Shown here one piece after another: positions 1 to 9,256 of a DNA stretch of 64,000 nucleotides; position 1 is the stretch's first letter, and every line of letters starts with the position of its first letter. The notes beneath the pieces were generated by a model. The model was not told where the DNA came from and searched no databases. It worked only from the letters and a program-made list of their open reading frames with translations. The DNA lies in the NCBI RefSeq assembly GCF_000737315.1, contig NZ_JMCB01000014.1, positions 62,001 to 126,000 on the forward strand, read 5' to 3'. A program made the translations under genes and the position numbers. The stretch comes from Hyalangium minutum. GTDB taxonomy: Bacteria; Myxococcota; Myxococcia; Myxococcales; Myxococcaceae.

Positions 1-2700
1 ACCCTTGAAGGCGTAGTCCACCGCGAGCCGCGGCTGCATCCCGAACCCCTTCTGGCCCTGCAGCTCCGAGGCGCCGCCCGTGGGCAACACCACCGGCACC
101 GCGAGCCCCAGCCGAAGGGTGTCTCGCTCTAGAAGCAGCACCTTGGGGACGAGCCGGAGGTCTCCCAGGCCGCCCTTCCACGACTGCGCCAGGTTACCGG
201 TGGGCAGCTCGTTGAACTCGCCGTGCTGGAGCTTGAGAGGGGCCACGAGGCCCAGCTCGAAGCGTTCGCCCAGGCCGATGGCGCCCATCAGGTCGAAGCC
301 GAACTGGTTGCGCACCAGGTGCTGCAGCAGCGCGGAGTTGTCCGGGTTGATGACGACCAGCGGCTCGTGGGCGTAGTTGAGGTAGAGCCCGGCGCGCCAG
401 TTCCTGTCGCCCTGCACTCCCGGACTGTGCAGGCCGAGCACGTCGGCCTTGCCCGGAGCGGGCCGGAACTGCTGGACGTCGATGGCGGCCGAGGTGCCCT
501 GAGCCCATGAGGCGCCGGAGGCGGTCAGCGCCCCCACGGCTCCGAGCACCACCAGAGACCGGAGGCGCCGCGAGCGGACCACGGCACGCCCCGGGCGGCT
601 CCGGCACGACAGGAACACCAGGGCTAGCACCATCCCCGCTCCGCCCATCAGACCGCTGTTGCCCGAGCTGCTGCAGCCATTGCCGACCACGCGGTGAGTC
701 CCACCAATGGGCCCCTCCTGTGTGACGATCGTGTCGATGTCCGTGGCGGTGTTGTTCGCGAGGTTGGAGTTCTGCTGCTGCGGGCCCGACTCCGAGACCG
801 TGGCGGTCACGTCCACCGTGCCCGTGGCGGAGGGGCTCACGTCCACGACGAAGGTGAAGGTGACGGTGCCTCCCACGGGGACGGTGACGTTCGTCGCGAT
901 GCCTCCCGTGCCACTGGCATCCTGGCAGGTGGCGCCCGCCTCGCCCGAGCACGTCCACGTGGCGCCGGTGGCGTTCACGGGCAGCTGGACGGAGACAAGC
1001 GCGTCCGTCACGGTGTCGAGGCCCATGTTGGTGACAGTCACCGTATAGGTGACGGTGGCTCCCGGCACGGTGGAGGTCTGCCCATCGGTGATGGCGATCG
1101 CCAAGTCGAGCGAGGCGCACGCCAGCCACGGCTGGCTCAGGTTGGGCACGGTGACGAGCTGGCCGTCGGCGCCATAGGTGGCGCCGTTGGAAGGGAACTC
1201 GGCCAGCGACAGCGAGGAGGTGGTTCCCGACAGTCCTCCGTTGACGAAGGTCAGCGGAGTGCCGCCGCTCACCGCGATGAAGCCGCCACCACCTCCGCCG
1301 CCCGGGCCCTCGGCCTCGGCGGTGGTGATGACCTGGGAGCCGCCCTGGCCACCGAGAGCCTGCACGGTGATGTCCGAGAGGCTGTTGCTGAGGATCACGA
1401 CGGTGCCGCCACCGCCACCGCCGCCCGGCGCATCGTTGTGCGTGGCCAGGGTGTTCAGCGCGCTGTCGCCGTTGGCCTGGATTTCTCCGCTGCCCGCCAC
1501 GGTGGGCGAGATGAGGTAGACGAGTCCGCCCCCGTTACCGCCCGGGCTCCCCGCGCTGTCGTTCGCGTCGCCCGCACCACCGCCACCCCCGAGAAAGAGC
1601 CGGGAGGAAACGTCGTTGTCGAGCGGCCGTCCGCCCAGGCCGCCGACTTCCGCGCGCAGGTCTCCACCCCACGAGGCGTTGGTGGGGCCCACTTTGAGCG
1701 CATCCTGGTTCAACGAGGCGGCGCTGTACCCGCCTCGGCCACCACCCGAAGAGTCCGTCAGCGCATTCCCATTGGCGATGTATCCCGGGTCGAGCCGCCA
1801 CGCGGAGTCACCCACCACCGAGGCGCTCATCACCCCTTGTCCACTCCAAGGCCGGCCGTTGTTGCCGTTGGCACCTCCTCCTCCGGCCGCGTTGTGGCTG
1901 TTGCCACCGCCACCTCCGTTGGCTGGAGCTCCGCGGCCATAGCGTCCGCCCAGGGCGTCATAGACGGAGGTATCTCCGGCGATGCTCTCGCCCTTCTCAG
2001 CGCCGTCCTGGGCGTCACCCGAGCGATAGAGGGTGACCTGCGCCGGGATCGTCCGCGAGAAGTTCTCCACGGCGCCCCCTCGGAAGCCCTGGCCGCTCAC
2101 GTTGATGCTGCCATTCAGGGTGGTGGTGCCGCTGACATCCACCACCACGACGCCGCCGCTCTGCCCATCCCAGGGCCGCGCCACGAGGAAGGCTCCGTTC
2201 TCGATGGTGACGTTGTTGTATTGAGGCACGCGCACCACCTGGGTCCGTCCCGATGGGGTGTAGCCGTGCCGCAGCCCGGCGCAGCCCAGGTGAATCGTGT
2301 TGCCCTCCACGCGCTGGACTACGGCGAACTCATGGAGGCCCGCGCCATTCAGGTGGGCGATTGCGCCGTACGCAGGACCCTCCGAGGTGTCGATGGAGGC
2401 GCCCTGCATCTGCATGATGAAGACGAGATCGCCACTGTCCAGCGGGCCCGACGTGGGGGATGTCAGCTGGGAGATGTCCGTCACCTGGACACGGGTGGCA
2501 CCGGCGCTCGCGTCCGCTGCGAGGACGGCATATTGATTGACCACGGTGATGCCATCCGTGAGCGTGAGATCGCCGTCCGAACCTGGCAGGGCGAACTCCT
2601 GGTGGGCGGCATCGAACGTTGCAGGAGAGGTCTGGCCACAGGCGGTGACCAGCACACCTGCGGCAAGCAGCGCCCTCAGAGAGAACCTGGACATTTGCAT
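1..2700 (-). CDS. Large surface protein, 3' end outside window: lipoprotein signal + Gly-rich AgmC-like adhesin region + DUF11-like Ig domain + internal MYXO-CTERM-like segment + second signal-like segment + OmpA/TraB-type beta-barrel start
   Basis: Frame read by hand from ATG at 2700 (MQMSRFSLRALLAAGVLVTAC) to base 1 (...QPRLAVDYAFKG); no stop found, and the frame was re-checked at several points. Absent from the ORF track, presumably because the stop lies outside the window. DUF11-like LAIAITDGQTSTVPGATVTYTVTVTN; barrel-type start AIDVQQFRPAPGKADVLGLHS. Confidence 0.85.
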   Translation of the reverse strand, partial: MQMSRFSLRALLAAGVLVTACGQTSPATFDAAHQEFALPGSDGDLTLTDGITVVNQYAVLAADASAGATRVQVTDISQLTSPTSGPLDSGDLVFIMQMQGASIDTSEGPAYGAIAHLNGAGLHEFAVVQRVEGNTIHLGCAGLRHGYTPSGRTQVVRVPQYNNVTIENGAFLVARPWDGQSGGVVVVDVSGTTTLNGSINVSGQGFRGGAVENFSRTIPAQVTLYRSGDAQDGAEKGESIAGDTSVYDALGGRYGRGAPANGGGGGNSHNAAGGGGANGNNGRPWSGQGVMSASVVGDSAWRLDPGYIANGNALTDSSGGGRGGYSAASLNQDALKVGPTNASWGGDLRAEVGGLGGRPLDNDVSSRLFLGGGGGAGDANDSAGSPGGNGGGLVYLISPTVAGSGEIQANGDSALNTLATHNDAPGGGGGGGTVVILSNSLSDITVQALGGQGGSQVITTAEAEGPGGGGGGGFIAVSGGTPLTFVNGGLSGTTSSLSLAEFPSNGATYGADGQLVTVPNLSQPWLACASLDLAIAITDGQTSTVPGATVTYTVTVTNMGLDTVTDALVSVQLPVNATGATWTCSGEAGATCQDASGTGGIATNVTVPVGGTVTFTFVVDVSPSATGTVDVTATVSESGPQQQNSNLANNTATDIDTIVTQEGPIGGTHRVVGNGCSSSGNSGLMGGAGMVLALVFLSCRSRPGRAVVRSRRLRSLVVLGAVGALTASGASWAQGTSAAIDVQQFRPAPGKADVLGLHSPGVQGDRNWRAGLYLNYAHEPLVVINPDNSALLQHLVRNQFGFDLMGAIGLGERFELGLVAPLKLQHGEFNELPTGNLAQSWKGGLGDLRLVPKVLLLERDTLRLGLAVPVVLPTGGASELQGQKGFGMQPRLAVDYAFKG

Positions 2701-2942
2701 GTAGTGGATGACTCCTGTGCGCGGGGGCGAACTTCGGGCGCGCGGAGTATCGTCACTGACTCGCGGCTACGGGACTGCCTCAGACCCAAGGGCAGTTTCG
2801 CTGATCATGAGATGCTGAGATCCGGCCCGTCTGGTCGCTCCCACAAATGGACGGGAGTGCGCAGAGGCTCACCCACAGGGGCAATGGGCGGACGCCGCCG
2901 CATGGTGGACTGTGGCCCCCTCCATTTCAGGGGGAACACCAC

Positions 2943-4919
2943 ATGAGAAGCATTCCTGGGACTCTGGCGAGGGCGTTCACCGTAGCCATCTTCGTCATCC
3001 TCGCGGGCTGCGGTCCGACCGACGGGAACACCCATGACACCAATGACTGTGCTTCGGGGCAGCATCTGTGTTCCGGCGCCTGCGTGGACGTGCAGAGCGA
3101 CGAGGCCCACTGCGGCACCTGTGGGAATGCGTGTGCCGCCGGACAGAGCTGTGAGGCAGGCCAATGCCGGACTCCGCAGCCCCAATGCTCCACGGGGCAG
3201 ACTGTGTGCAGCGGGGGGTGCGTGGATCTCCAGAACGACTCCAACCACTGCGGGGCGTGCGGGCAGGTGTGTCCGTCGGGCCGGTGCTCCGCGGGCCAGT
3301 GCCAGTCCGTGAGCGCATGCGGCGACGGATCCATCGGGGACACTGAGACCTGTGACGACAACAACACCACGTCCGGGGATGGCTGCAGCGCGAGCTGCGC
3401 GAGCGAGACGGGCTGGAGCTGCCAGGGCGCTCCCAGCCACTGCCAGCGGCTGGAGGCCGAGCCCAACGACACCCGCGAGACGGCCACGGCGGTCCCGGGC
3501 CTGCGGTCGGTGGTCCTCCGGGGTGACATCTCCTCGAACAGCGACGTGGATGTGTACCGCCTCATGGTCACGGCCATCACCGACCTGCGGCTCGACACCT
3601 TTGATGGCTCCTACACCGGCAGTGGCGCGGGCACCTGCAAGGACGTGGACACCCTCCTGGAGCTGTTCAGGGAGGATGGGACGGAGTTGGCCACGGACGA
3701 CGACAGCGGAACGGCTCTCTGCTCCTCTCTCTCCCCGCAGAACAACTCCGAGGTGATGCGCCTGCCCGCGGGCACCTACTACATCCGCGTCAGCTCCGTC
3801 AGCACGGCCACCATCCCAGCCTACACGCTGCGGGTCCAGCTCCAGGCGCTCTGCGGTGACGGCACGCGCGAGGGGACCGAGCAGTGCGATGACGGGAACA
3901 CCACGGCGGGCGACCGATGCTCCGCCACCTGCCGCGTCGAGATGGCTTCCGAGGTGGAGAGCAACGACACGGTGGAGACGGCCCAGAGCCTGTCCTCGCT
4001 GCCGAGCCTCATCGGCAGCTCCATCTCGCCGGGCACCGACGAGGACGTGTTCCGCTTCACCCTGGACGCCCGCTCCGACTTGGAGATCGAGACCTTCGAT
4101 GGAAGCTACACGGGAGAGAACGCCAAAAGCTGCGACGACATCGACACGTACCTGGAGCTGCTGTCGGCGGACGGCACGGTCCTGGATAGCAATGACGACA
4201 GCGGATCCGGCAGTTGCTCGTTGCTGGATCCGGAGAGATCCTCGCTCCTGAAAGGGATGGCACCGGGCACCTACTTCGTTCGCGTCAGCTCCTACGGCTC
4301 CGTGGTGCTGCCCGCCTACTCGGTCTCGTTCCAGATCCTCGCGCAGTGTGGCGATGGCGTCGTGACGGGCTCCGAGGAGTGCGACGGTGGCGCGGGCTGC
4401 TCCGCGACGTGTGAGCGCATCCCCTCCTGCGGCGATGGGTATCTCGACTACCCCGAGGCCTGCGATGACAACAACACGGCGGATGGGGACGGCTGCTCCA
4501 GCACCTGCCAGCTTCCCGGGCTGCAGGAGGAGGTGGAGCCGAACGGAACCCTCGCTGAGGCGGATGCCCGCGCGAGTTCCTCTCCGTCCGTGCTCCTCAC
4601 CCGCTCCTCGACGGGGATCGCCGGCGGCTTCCAGGACCCACAGGACCTGGATGTGTACACGCTGCAGCTCGAGGCCGCAGCGACCGTCCGGCTCGAGACC
4701 GTCCAGGGTGGCCTCAACATGTGCGACTTTGGGCTCGACACCCTGCTGCGGCTCTCGGACGCGCAGGGGACAGAGCTCAGCGCGGATGATGACGGAGGAA
4801 ACGGCTTCTGCTCGCTGCTCGAGGTGTCACTGCAGGCGGGGACCTACTACGTGACCGTGGCGCACCTGGGACCGGCGGAGCCCGTGTCCTATGGCCTGAA
4901 GGTGTCGTTCCAGGAGTGA
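2943..4919 (+). CDS. Cys-rich modular lipoprotein (myxococcal CGDG disulfide repeats/DUF4215 + three PPC/DVUA0089-like domains)
   Basis: ATG 2943 after GGGGGA; lipobox LAGC; repeats such as CGDGxxxxxETCDDNNTTSGDGCSASC; three ExEPN/ESN...DxDxY/F...DDDSG modules. Confidence 0.85.
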   Translation: MRSIPGTLARAFTVAIFVILAGCGPTDGNTHDTNDCASGQHLCSGACVDVQSDEAHCGTCGNACAAGQSCEAGQCRTPQPQCSTGQTVCSGGCVDLQNDSNHCGACGQVCPSGRCSAGQCQSVSACGDGSIGDTETCDDNNTTSGDGCSASCASETGWSCQGAPSHCQRLEAEPNDTRETATAVPGLRSVVLRGDISSNSDVDVYRLMVTAITDLRLDTFDGSYTGSGAGTCKDVDTLLELFREDGTELATDDDSGTALCSSLSPQNNSEVMRLPAGTYYIRVSSVSTATIPAYTLRVQLQALCGDGTREGTEQCDDGNTTAGDRCSATCRVEMASEVESNDTVETAQSLSSLPSLIGSSISPGTDEDVFRFTLDARSDLEIETFDGSYTGENAKSCDDIDTYLELLSADGTVLDSNDDSGSGSCSLLDPERSSLLKGMAPGTYFVRVSSYGSVVLPAYSVSFQILAQCGDGVVTGSEECDGGAGCSATCERIPSCGDGYLDYPEACDDNNTADGDGCSSTCQLPGLQEEVEPNGTLAEADARASSSPSVLLTRSSTGIAGGFQDPQDLDVYTLQLEAAATVRLETVQGGLNMCDFGLDTLLRLSDAQGTELSADDDGGNGFCSLLEVSLQAGTYYVTVAHLGPAEPVSYGLKVSFQE

Positions 4920-4976
4920 CGCTGCGAGGGCGTGCCCGGCGCCAGCGCTCCGGCACCGGGCACGAGCCTCCTGCCG

Positions 4977-6278
4977 CTACCAGGGGCAGTTGACGACGTC
5001 CACCGTGCGCGTCAGCGATGGCGCGTGGTTGCCGGCGCTGTCCGTCAGCGTATAGGTGACGGTGTACCGGCCCGCCACCCAGCCATTCGGGTAGCCGTAC
5101 ACCCTTACCTCGGGCGTGAGGTTGCCGTAGCAGGCGTCCCACGCCTCCCAGCCCGGCTCCACGTAGGCGGCACCGCACTGGTGCGTCATCTGCGCGGCGC
5201 CGTTGAGGCGGAACGCGGGAGGTGTGGTGTCCTCCACCTTCACCGAGCGGATGGCGCTCACGGTCCAGCCATTCGCGTCCCTGGCGACGTACTGCACCGG
5301 GTAGGTGCCCTCGGCGCAGGTGTTCGGTCCCACGCCGTAGGCGTCATGCCCGGAGTTGAACGTGTGCACCGTCAACGGGCCGCACGCCGAGTCCCAGGCC
5401 TGCGCGCCCGGGTCCCCCCAGACGTCCTGGCCACACTCGAGCGTCATGTTCAGGCTGCCGAGGACCTCCAGCGTGGGCTGGCCATTCGAGCTCGGCGTGC
5501 ACGTCAGCGTGGAGACCTCGCCTTCGCCGGTGAGGTTCGGTCCCGGCGCGCAGCTCTGGCCTCCGGCACACACCCGCAGTGGGTTGCTGCACGTCCCCAA
5601 GGCCGTACAGACGTCCGCCGTGCAAAGGTCACCGTCGTCGCAGTCTTCGCTCCCCTCGCAGGCGGGGCCCACCATCTCCCCATTGATGCGGAGCACCGCG
5701 CCCACGGCACTGCTCATGGAGCAGCAGTCGTCCACTTGAGTGATGACCAGCCGGTTGCGCTCTCCCGGCTTGAAGTAGGCCGCCAGGTTGCCCGTCACGA
5801 GCGAATCCCCGATGAAGATGTAGCCCTCCGTCGCAACGATGCCGTTGGGGTGATCGGAGTTGAAGACCGTCACTCGGATGCCATCGTCCACCCAGGTGAA
5901 GGAGAGTTTGACCTCGTTCAGCACCGTCCCCGGCAAGACGTTCACGTACGTCTGGAAGTAGGTGAAGTCGCCGTAGACCCTGCACGCGCTCGGCACCTGG
6001 CAGAGGCGCGAGGACAGGTACATGCCGATGGTATCCGGGTCCGGCGAGGCGCCCCACCCCGCGGCCGCCTCGTCTGGGATGGAGGCCACGCCATACTCAC
6101 AGGTGTCTCCATTCCTCGGGGGGGTGCAGCCCAGGCGCACCAAGCCCTGTGGATTGGCGGTGGTCACCTCCGGCCCATCATGCATCTGCCATGGCGTACG
6201 GGTGTGCGCTCCGGCGGGCAGTCCTCCCAGCCAAACGAGGGCTGCGGCCATGGCTCCCAGGACACTGCGATGATTCAT
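4977..6278 (-). CDS. Secreted protein with two C-terminal DUF5011/HYR-like Ig domains
   Basis: ATG 6278 after GGGGGA; signal peptide MNHRSVLGAMAAALVWLGGLPAGA; PTLEVLGSLNMTLECG and PAFRLNGAAQMTHQCG...YTVTYTLTDSAGN domains. Confidence 0.8.
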   Translation of the reverse strand: MNHRSVLGAMAAALVWLGGLPAGAHTRTPWQMHDGPEVTTANPQGLVRLGCTPPRNGDTCEYGVASIPDEAAAGWGASPDPDTIGMYLSSRLCQVPSACRVYGDFTYFQTYVNVLPGTVLNEVKLSFTWVDDGIRVTVFNSDHPNGIVATEGYIFIGDSLVTGNLAAYFKPGERNRLVITQVDDCCSMSSAVGAVLRINGEMVGPACEGSEDCDDGDLCTADVCTALGTCSNPLRVCAGGQSCAPGPNLTGEGEVSTLTCTPSSNGQPTLEVLGSLNMTLECGQDVWGDPGAQAWDSACGPLTVHTFNSGHDAYGVGPNTCAEGTYPVQYVARDANGWTVSAIRSVKVEDTTPPAFRLNGAAQMTHQCGAAYVEPGWEAWDACYGNLTPEVRVYGYPNGWVAGRYTVTYTLTDSAGNHAPSLTRTVDVVNCPW

Positions 6279-6446
6279 GTGAAATCCCCCCACGGTTTTG
6301 AAGCAGTCAGCAGCTGCTCGCGGGCAGGCAGTGCCCAAGAGCGGCCGGACAGTCGCTACCGCTTCCACATGCATCAAGGCGTGCTGGGGTGCCGCTATTG
6401 GTCAGTGATTCGCCAGCAAGCAGGGCGTCTCCCAAAGGCCCCTGCT

Positions 6447-8006
6447 TTAGGGAGTCAGCTCCCTCCACGAGGCGAGAGGCAGGAGGCGGTTCGCCGCCGG
6501 GTCCATCTGGACGAGCGAGGCTCCCAGGAGGCCTACGCGCCGGCTGGGGCCGAAGCTCACGGGAGGCGTCAGGGGTGTCTCGAAGTCCCTCATGGACTCC
6601 AAGGCAGCCACCAGCCCGGCTTGGGTGACACCACTCCCCGCACGCTTCAGTCCTTCCACCAAGAGCTTGACGGACACGTATCCGCTCACCTGTGCGACCC
6701 AATGTCGTTCGGAAAGCGAGTGCCTCTGGAGAAAAGAGCGAAACTCGGGGCTTCGGGAGTGCAACGCGGCCTCCAGGGGCACGGGGCTAACGAAGCGCAC
6801 ACGCCGTGCCACCTCGGGCGCCATGGAAAGTCCATCCGGTCTCCCCAGCATGAGCGGGGCATAGATGGCCGTCTGTTGAGCCGAGTTCCCTAGGCCCGCC
6901 ACCAGCAGCTGGAGCTCGGAGAGCGTCCCTCCGAACAGAATTGCCGAGGGAGGATCGCGGCGAAGCGCGGCCACTACCGACTCCAGAGAGCGCGCGTCCG
7001 CGAGGTACAGGTGCTCTCGCAGCGTCACACCCTCGCGCCGCGACGTCTCCGTGCGTACCCCTGCCAACCACTGGCGGCCGGCGGCATCCTCCGGAGCCAC
7101 CACGGCCCAGTGCAAGGCCTTGGGGTCGGCCTCCATGCCGTGCTGCATGGCCACTCGCGCTTGCACGCTCAGCCCTGAATACAGCGCGAAGATGGCCTCC
7201 CCGGACGGCACATCCGTCGCCGGCAAGGCCATCAGAATGGGAGGGCTCTCCTCCTCTGCATGGCCGTCCCTGGGTTGAACCCCGTTCAGCAGCGCCACGA
7301 CTCCCGTTTCCAGGAGCCGGGCCTGGGCCGCGCCAGCTCCCGACTCGTCCTCAATGATCAGCTCCAACCTGCGGCGGTACACCCCTCCCTCCGCATTCAC
7401 CTCCGCGATGGCAGCCTGCAGTACATCCCGGACGTCCTGGCCCATGGGGGCCCGCGGGCCCGAGAGCGGCAACAGAGCTCCCACACGCAAAGCCTGGTCG
7501 GACACTCCCGGCGCTTTCTCCTCGCCCAGCACGCTCAGGTACGATGCGAGCGCGGACATGTCCTGCTCGGACAGCACGAAGTGGGGCATGGCAATGCTCA
7601 ACCGCCGCCCGGCAGGGTCCACGCCGTGTTGAATGGCCCGGGCCAGAGAGGCAACGTCGTACGCAGGGCGCCCGGCAGTCCGCCCGGGCGTGCCCTCCGG
7701 ACGCACGCGAGAGAGGCTGCGCGCGGTGATGTCCGGGGCTGCCACCCCGCCTTCCTGCGATCCCCTCCCTGTAGAGTGGTGGCAGTTGGCGCACGCCGCA
7801 GCCTGCCCGGACAACTCCACGCCCTCCTCCCCTAGGAGCGCGCGCAGCGGTTCACCGGAGGCAGTCACGCCTCGATGGAAGAGAGCCCTGCCCCGGTGCA
7901 CCTCCTCGGGCGAAGAGCGCGGCGCGGCGGCCGGCCGCACGACAGCGGCGGCCATCGCAACGGCAAGGCTGGCTCCCAGGAGTACCCACCCGCGTGCCCA
8001 GCTCAC
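6447..8006 (-). CDS. Cytochrome c domain fused to a type I periplasmic (branched-chain amino acid-like) substrate-binding domain
   Basis: GTG start after AAGGAGG; heme motif CANCH and likely axial Met in MPHF; C-terminal LRVGALLPLSGP...INAEGGVYRRRLEL periplasmic-binding signature. Confidence 0.85.
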   Translation of the reverse strand: MSWARGWVLLGASLAVAMAAAVVRPAAAPRSSPEEVHRGRALFHRGVTASGEPLRALLGEEGVELSGQAAACANCHHSTGRGSQEGGVAAPDITARSLSRVRPEGTPGRTAGRPAYDVASLARAIQHGVDPAGRRLSIAMPHFVLSEQDMSALASYLSVLGEEKAPGVSDQALRVGALLPLSGPRAPMGQDVRDVLQAAIAEVNAEGGVYRRRLELIIEDESGAGAAQARLLETGVVALLNGVQPRDGHAEEESPPILMALPATDVPSGEAIFALYSGLSVQARVAMQHGMEADPKALHWAVVAPEDAAGRQWLAGVRTETSRREGVTLREHLYLADARSLESVVAALRRDPPSAILFGGTLSELQLLVAGLGNSAQQTAIYAPLMLGRPDGLSMAPEVARRVRFVSPVPLEAALHSRSPEFRSFLQRHSLSERHWVAQVSGYVSVKLLVEGLKRAGSGVTQAGLVAALESMRDFETPLTPPVSFGPSRRVGLLGASLVQMDPAANRLLPLASWRELTP

Positions 8007-8027
8007 GGCGACCTCCTTTCATCCCCC

Positions 8028-8657
8028 CTACAAGGGCGAGGCCCCGAGGGGCGGGCTCGACTGCACTGGGGTGGGAGAGGGGCTCTTGGACTCGTCCGCC
8101 ACCACCCGCACAGCCTCGGCGATGCTCTCCGCCGACTCCATGGCGATGGACTTCGTCCAGGTCCCCGTGACCGCGTTGCCCAGCAGCAGCACCAGCGAGT
8201 GCTCCTCCGGCTTCTCCGTGTACCCGCCCAGCTTCTTGAGCAGCGTGCTCATGTTCTCGCGGCTACCGGTGAGGAACAGCCACCCCGGCTGCACCTTGAA
8301 TCGGGTGGCAAAGCGCCGCAGCTGCTCCGGGGTGTCCCGCGCGGAATCGACGGTCAGCGTGAGCATCACCACGTCCTTGCCGACGCGCGCCCCCAGCAGT
8401 CGTTGCACCTTGGCCAGGTTGGAGGTGATGGGCGAGCACGCGGTTCGGCAGGAGGCGAACGCGAAGTTGATGAGCACCGTCTTGCCCTGCATCAGGTCCG
8501 AATAGAACCGGTGCACCTTGCCTTCCTGGTCCACCACCTCGAGGTCCGTGAAGTAGCGGCGAGCCGCCTCGGAGTCCATCCGCTCCATTCCCTCCGCGCC
8601 ACTGCTTCCCGCCGCCAGCACGAGTCCAAGCACCACTGCACGCAGCCAGTCTTTCAT
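8028..8657 (-). CDS. SCO1/SenC family copper chaperone
   Basis: Signal peptide; CxxxC (FASCRTACSP) and downstream His (EEHS); ATG overlaps the upstream stop (ATGA). Confidence 0.9.
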   Translation of the reverse strand: MKDWLRAVVLGLVLAAGSSGAEGMERMDSEAARRYFTDLEVVDQEGKVHRFYSDLMQGKTVLINFAFASCRTACSPITSNLAKVQRLLGARVGKDVVMLTLTVDSARDTPEQLRRFATRFKVQPGWLFLTGSRENMSTLLKKLGGYTEKPEEHSLVLLLGNAVTGTWTKSIAMESAESIAEAVRVVADESKSPSPTPVQSSPPLGASPL

Positions 8658-9256
8658 CTTTGCACCTCCGCAGTTTTCTCCAGGGGCTGTCCCACCTCGC
8701 TCAGCGCCTCCCGCAGGCGGCTGGGCGTGGGCATGCCGTTGAGCCGGATCCACTTCCCCGTGGCTGGGTTCCCCACCAGCGTGACGGGGGTGTGGGACGT
8801 CTTGTCGGGCACCCAGCCTCCCAGGGCCTGCAGGACGCGCTTGACGCGCTCGGGCTCTCCCGTCAGGAAGCTCCACCCTGGGCGGGGCCCGGGCTCGAAC
8901 TTCTCCGCGAAGCGCTTCAAGCGCTCGGGCGTGTCCCTGACAGGATCGAGCGACACGGAGAGGAAGAGCACGTCCTTTCCCTCCGGCTCGCCCAGCTCGC
9001 GCCGCAGCCGCGCGAAGACGGCGCTCATGGGAGAACAGATGGTGGAGCAGGTGGTGAAGAGGAAGTTCACCACCACCGCCCGGCGGCCCGAGAGTTCCGA
9101 GGCCAGCCGCACGGGATGGCCGTCCTGGTCCACCAGGGTCTCATCGGGGATGTGGATGCCCCGGGTCTCTTCCGAGCGCACCGGCTCCGAAGCCTCCGGG
9201 GTGGGAGGCGCTGTCCCAACCCAGAGCGATGCGGCAGCGACCAGCACGAGTATCAC
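8654..9256 (-). CDS. SCO1/SenC family copper chaperone
   Basis: GTG 9256 overlapping the upstream TGA, RBS GGAG; CxxxC (FTTCSTICSP) and His (TSHT). Confidence 0.9.
   Translation of the reverse strand: MILVLVAAASLWVGTAPPTPEASEPVRSEETRGIHIPDETLVDQDGHPVRLASELSGRRAVVVNFLFTTCSTICSPMSAVFARLRRELGEPEGKDVLFLSVSLDPVRDTPERLKRFAEKFEPGPRPGWSFLTGEPERVKRVLQALGGWVPDKTSHTPVTLVGNPATGKWIRLNGMPTPSRLREALSEVGQPLEKTAEVQR

Noticed and set aside
694-2946. 750-aa plus-strand ORF and other long antisense ORFs (e.g. 12079-13335, 13387-14835, 17398-19881, 44782-46386, 48147-50435, 60099-62915)
   Set aside because: Shadow frames of genuine high-GC genes on the opposite strand; no motifs or RBS, and typical R/G/A/V-rich composition.
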